A DNA stretch of 64,000 nt. Source: Okamejei kenojei (lineage: Eukaryota). Made by a program: the position numbers and the translations under genes. This document shows positions 60,366-64,000 of the stretch, one piece after another. The first letter of the stretch is position 1. Each line of letters opens with the position of its first letter. The DNA is taken from contig CM069149.1 of the NCBI GenBank assembly GCA_035221665.1, forward strand, positions 19,964,001-20,028,000, in the 5' to 3' direction. The notes under the pieces were generated by a model. That model did no database searches. It was not told where the DNA came from and saw only the letters and a program-made list of their open reading frames with translations.

Positions 60366-63182
60366 TGGTTCTTCAAGCCACTTTCCCAATTCACCACCTG
60401 GATCACATAGAAGGACTTTCAAAGTTGGCTGCATGGGACATCCACCGTGCACGTTCCCCTTCAGGTCAAATACCATCTCGACTTGTAAATATAGTGCCAT
60501 CTCTTCACAGTTATTGGATCAAAATCCTGGAAGTTCCAACCTGATTAAAGGACTTGGTGGCTTGGGCAAGAAAATAGACTGAAGGCACAAGATCATTAAT
60601 GATATGAAATGTCAAAATAGGTTCAAAGGGTCATATGGCCTATTCCTACTTATTTTATGTTCTTATTTCATTTGTCATTGTTAAAAATCAGTATTGCAAA
60701 GGTGATTTTCTTCATCAGCGAATATTTTTCCATTCTAATGAAGCTTCCTGCTCTTATTTTTGACTTCTTCCTTTTCTGATTTGTAATGCAACATTTTGCA
60801 TTCTTAATTAGTATTTTTTTATAAATTATGCAATTTAGTCAATATAATTACAATTTAATTAATATAAATTAATTATAATCTTCTATTGGGAGAACTTCAT
60901 AACAGTTGGTTCTTGCCACCAAAGGTTATTGTCCACCCCACCTTTTCCTTTCGTAGGTAGGAAATGAAATGGATGCAGTTCTTAGCACACAAAATATTAC
61001 ATTGATATGCTTGATATCTTTCATTCTATGACTGTTTCCTCCATTCTATTCTTCCCCAAAATGTGTTGCAAATTTAAAATTGATGTTACGTTCTGCAAGT
61101 TGACTAGCACACAAGTTCAATCTGTTCAAGTACATACGTTAACCTTTTCTGTACTAATAAAATAAGAAAGATTCTGGAAAAATAAGGCTTTTTTTTCCAC
61201 GGTCTTATATATTTAAAATACTAATGCCAAATAAACAAGGAGTTTAAAATTCAAAGTGTTTTGTATAAAATTATGAAAAACTAAATGTGTTGGTGAAAAC
61301 AGGAAGTTTCTGGGACTGAGGGACTTATAAAAATGTCGATTTAGTCAATGCAGCTGTTGGTGTCAATCGCCTATGGAAATGTGGAAAATATTTTCCATGG
61401 TTATTGCCTACACCTGTGGTATGAAAGCTGCTATACAATTTAGTGGTTTTGACTCCCAAGAACAATGCAATGGAAACTATGAAGTCAGAGTAAAAATTAA
61501 ATACTTAAAATAAATCTCATTAAAATCAACAATTTCAGGGCAGCCAAAAATGCCTGATTAATTTATGCATAAGGTAACTGAAACATCTTGATATTTAGCT
61601 CCATGGTTTTAAGGTGTTTTATACTGAGTTAACTAATCACAAGCAGGATGGGTGAAAAGGGTGTTGCATTTAGCCTCTGGGGTTCAGGAGGGAGAAGTCA
61701 ACGTGGGTTTCTGTTCACCATCAGTCTAGTAACATGCAGAATTGCATGTAGATGGACATAAAGCTGTGAATCACATTGCACTTGACAATGATGGTGGTCT
61801 ATAAAATAAAAGTACTGCCAACGCCCACAGCCCGTTGCAAACAAAGGAAACTTGGTAACAAAGGATTCAGTGAAAACTATAGAATTATGACGACAACTCA
61901 TCTGTAGCTTCTTTTAAAGAGAACATATTTAGACAAACAGTAAGAAATTGAGTTATGTTATAAGAAATCTATATGTGTTATCTATTCAGAATATAATGGG
62001 GTCTAAATTCAACATGGACATTGGGATTACAGTACACATGCACACATCTTGCAGTGGAAGATTACCAGTGATGTGCTGCCTGAATATATTAATGATTGTA
62101 AGAACCAGCCAACCCAAATTGGATGGTTGATTGGGTGGATACATCAACAAGGGAACAATACTGTGAATGGCTATGGTTAGCTACAGTTAAAGCTAGCCTG
62201 GTCCTCCTAAAGGGGAGGCATGTTATGGCTGGAGGCGATATTGACAGTTCAGGAAGTGACACTGACCCAGGAAATGTTGATGATTGAGACAAGGTGTCAT
62301 TGAGCGGATGAGCATTAACAATTAAACCCTTGATGAGCTGAAAGCCTGTTGTAAAGCCCATGTTACTTGTCAAGGAGCAGGAAAGAGTCTGCCACCTGGT
62401 TGGCACAAGACTCTGCAGAGTTTGTAGCCCTTTCTTTCAGAATGAAAGTCATGGCCTACTACATTGATGGTCTGAAGATTCTGCAATGTCTGATGACTGA
62501 TGTTAGGGCTTCGTTTCAACATATTCAGTGCATGCTCAAAATGAACGTAATATTAGAAGTTCCTACTGCTGTCATTCATAGGTCAGTTTGATACCCTGCA
62601 AGCTTAGACTCATCATTGTGTAAGAGGTTTAGAGGATATCTGGAAAATTCAGCAATCTGTGCTCCAAAATTGGTGCTGATTGCTAACGCATTCCCTAGGG
62701 GATGACAGAACATCCAGCAGCGATCCACTGTTTTTTATCTCAGAATAATAACATTCTTTTTTTTCCCTGTCATTTTGCCTTATTATTGCCTGTCAGCTAG
62801 CTAGTTCAGACTATAGGTACCATGTTGAAATACTGCAATTTTTAGCACCGCTTGGGGTAGTCTTCAAGGCTATTGGAATCGCTTTCACTAAAAGTTATCA
62901 AGTTCTCACTGGTCTTATATTAGCATTGGGATAGTAGTATAAGAAAACATTTCGACAGGCAATAGTAAAAGGCAGATACCGAGAAAATGTATAAAAAGTG
63001 AATCAGATAACTAACTGTTTCATTACTCGCATAATTTACTGCCGATGGACGCACACTATCTAGACTTTGATGGAGTGGTAACTCTTTCATTTCTGGTACA
63101 ATACAGAGCTGACATGCAGTGCCTATAATATATAGCCATCTGTAGTCTTATCTTTTTCAGCTGCTTGTAATCCTGGCAAAGT

Positions 63183-63592
63183 CACATAAGGTCATAAGTG
63201 ATCGGAGCAGAATTAGGCCCATCAAGTCTCCTCCGCCATTCTAGCACAGCAAATCTATCTCTCCCTCCTCACCCCATTCCCGTCTTCTCCCCATAACCCC
63301 TGACAGCTGTACTAATCAAGAATTTATCTATCTCTGCCTTAAAAATATCTATTGACTTGGCCTCCACAGGCAATGAATTCCACAGATTCACCACCCTCTG
63401 ATTACAAAAAATCCTCCTCATCTCCTTCCCAAAGGAACATCCTTTCATTCTGAGGCTATGACCACTAGTCCTAGACTTTCCCACTAGTGGAAACATCCTC
63501 TCCACATCCACTCTAACCAAGCCTTTCACTATCTGGTATGTTTCAATGAGGTCCCCCTCATTCTTCTAAACTCCAGCGAGTACAGGGTCAGT
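63183..63592 (-). mobile_element. CR1 LINE 3' fragment
   Basis: KGLVRVDVERMFPLVGKSRTSGHSLR...QRVVNLWNSLP...GYGEKTG; CATAAGGTCATAAG tail. Confidence 0.88.
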
Positions 63593-64000
63593 GCTATGGC
63601 ATTCTCTCTCTTCCCCTAGGTATCTGAAAAGAGACAATGCAGATATTTCCTTTTGAATAGAGAACCACATGACTTCTGTTAAGCGATGGCGGATTGCATG
63701 AAGGCATTGAAATCTCATTCAATCAACCTTTCTTCTCTTAAAATCTTCTTTGTTATTCTAATTTGCCATCATTTTGCTAATTAGAATGTCGTGACACAAA
63801 AGCTCATTCCAATCCTTGGATTTACATAAAAATATGAAACTATGACTTTTGAGGTGCTGTGTAAACCCTTAGATTAATAACCTATTTAGGTAATAAAGTA
63901 AAGCAAAACAAAAGATAAGAGTTGCTGAAAGCCCCAAAACAGAATGGAAACTTGAAACGCTGATTAGCATATTAAAACATTTTATTGAACTAATACCCTT

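Overview
Vertebrate genomic DNA, most likely a cartilaginous fish such as a skate or ray. This is inferred from HE1/V-SINEs, a Deu-SINE, CR1 LINEs with (TTCTATGT)n tails and Penelope-like elements. The window holds the complete 19-exon coding sequence of LRIG3 on the minus strand: ATG at 51884, TAG at 245-247, 3312 nt, about 1103 aa, all introns GT-AG and in phase. The protein runs signal peptide, LRRNT, LRR array, LRRCT, three Ig domains, TM helix, cytoplasmic tail. A CpG-island promoter and about 12 kb of upstream DNA follow. Introns and the upstream region are dense with mobile elements: a Tc1 IR/DR transposon, two non-autonomous Helitrons, several MITEs, a young CR1 with an intact 517-codon RT frame, a Rex/Babar fragment and SINEs. 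The most notable signal is about 20 copies of a ~100-150 bp Penelope pseudo-LTR unit carrying a minimal hammerhead-ribozyme-like core (CUGAAGA-stem-GAAAC-GUH). Several copies have their own 9-14 bp target-site duplications, several form fold-back pairs (one a perfect 122-bp palindrome), and one near-identical inverted pair brackets LRIG3 exon 4. Family names for repeats come from recognition, not database searches.
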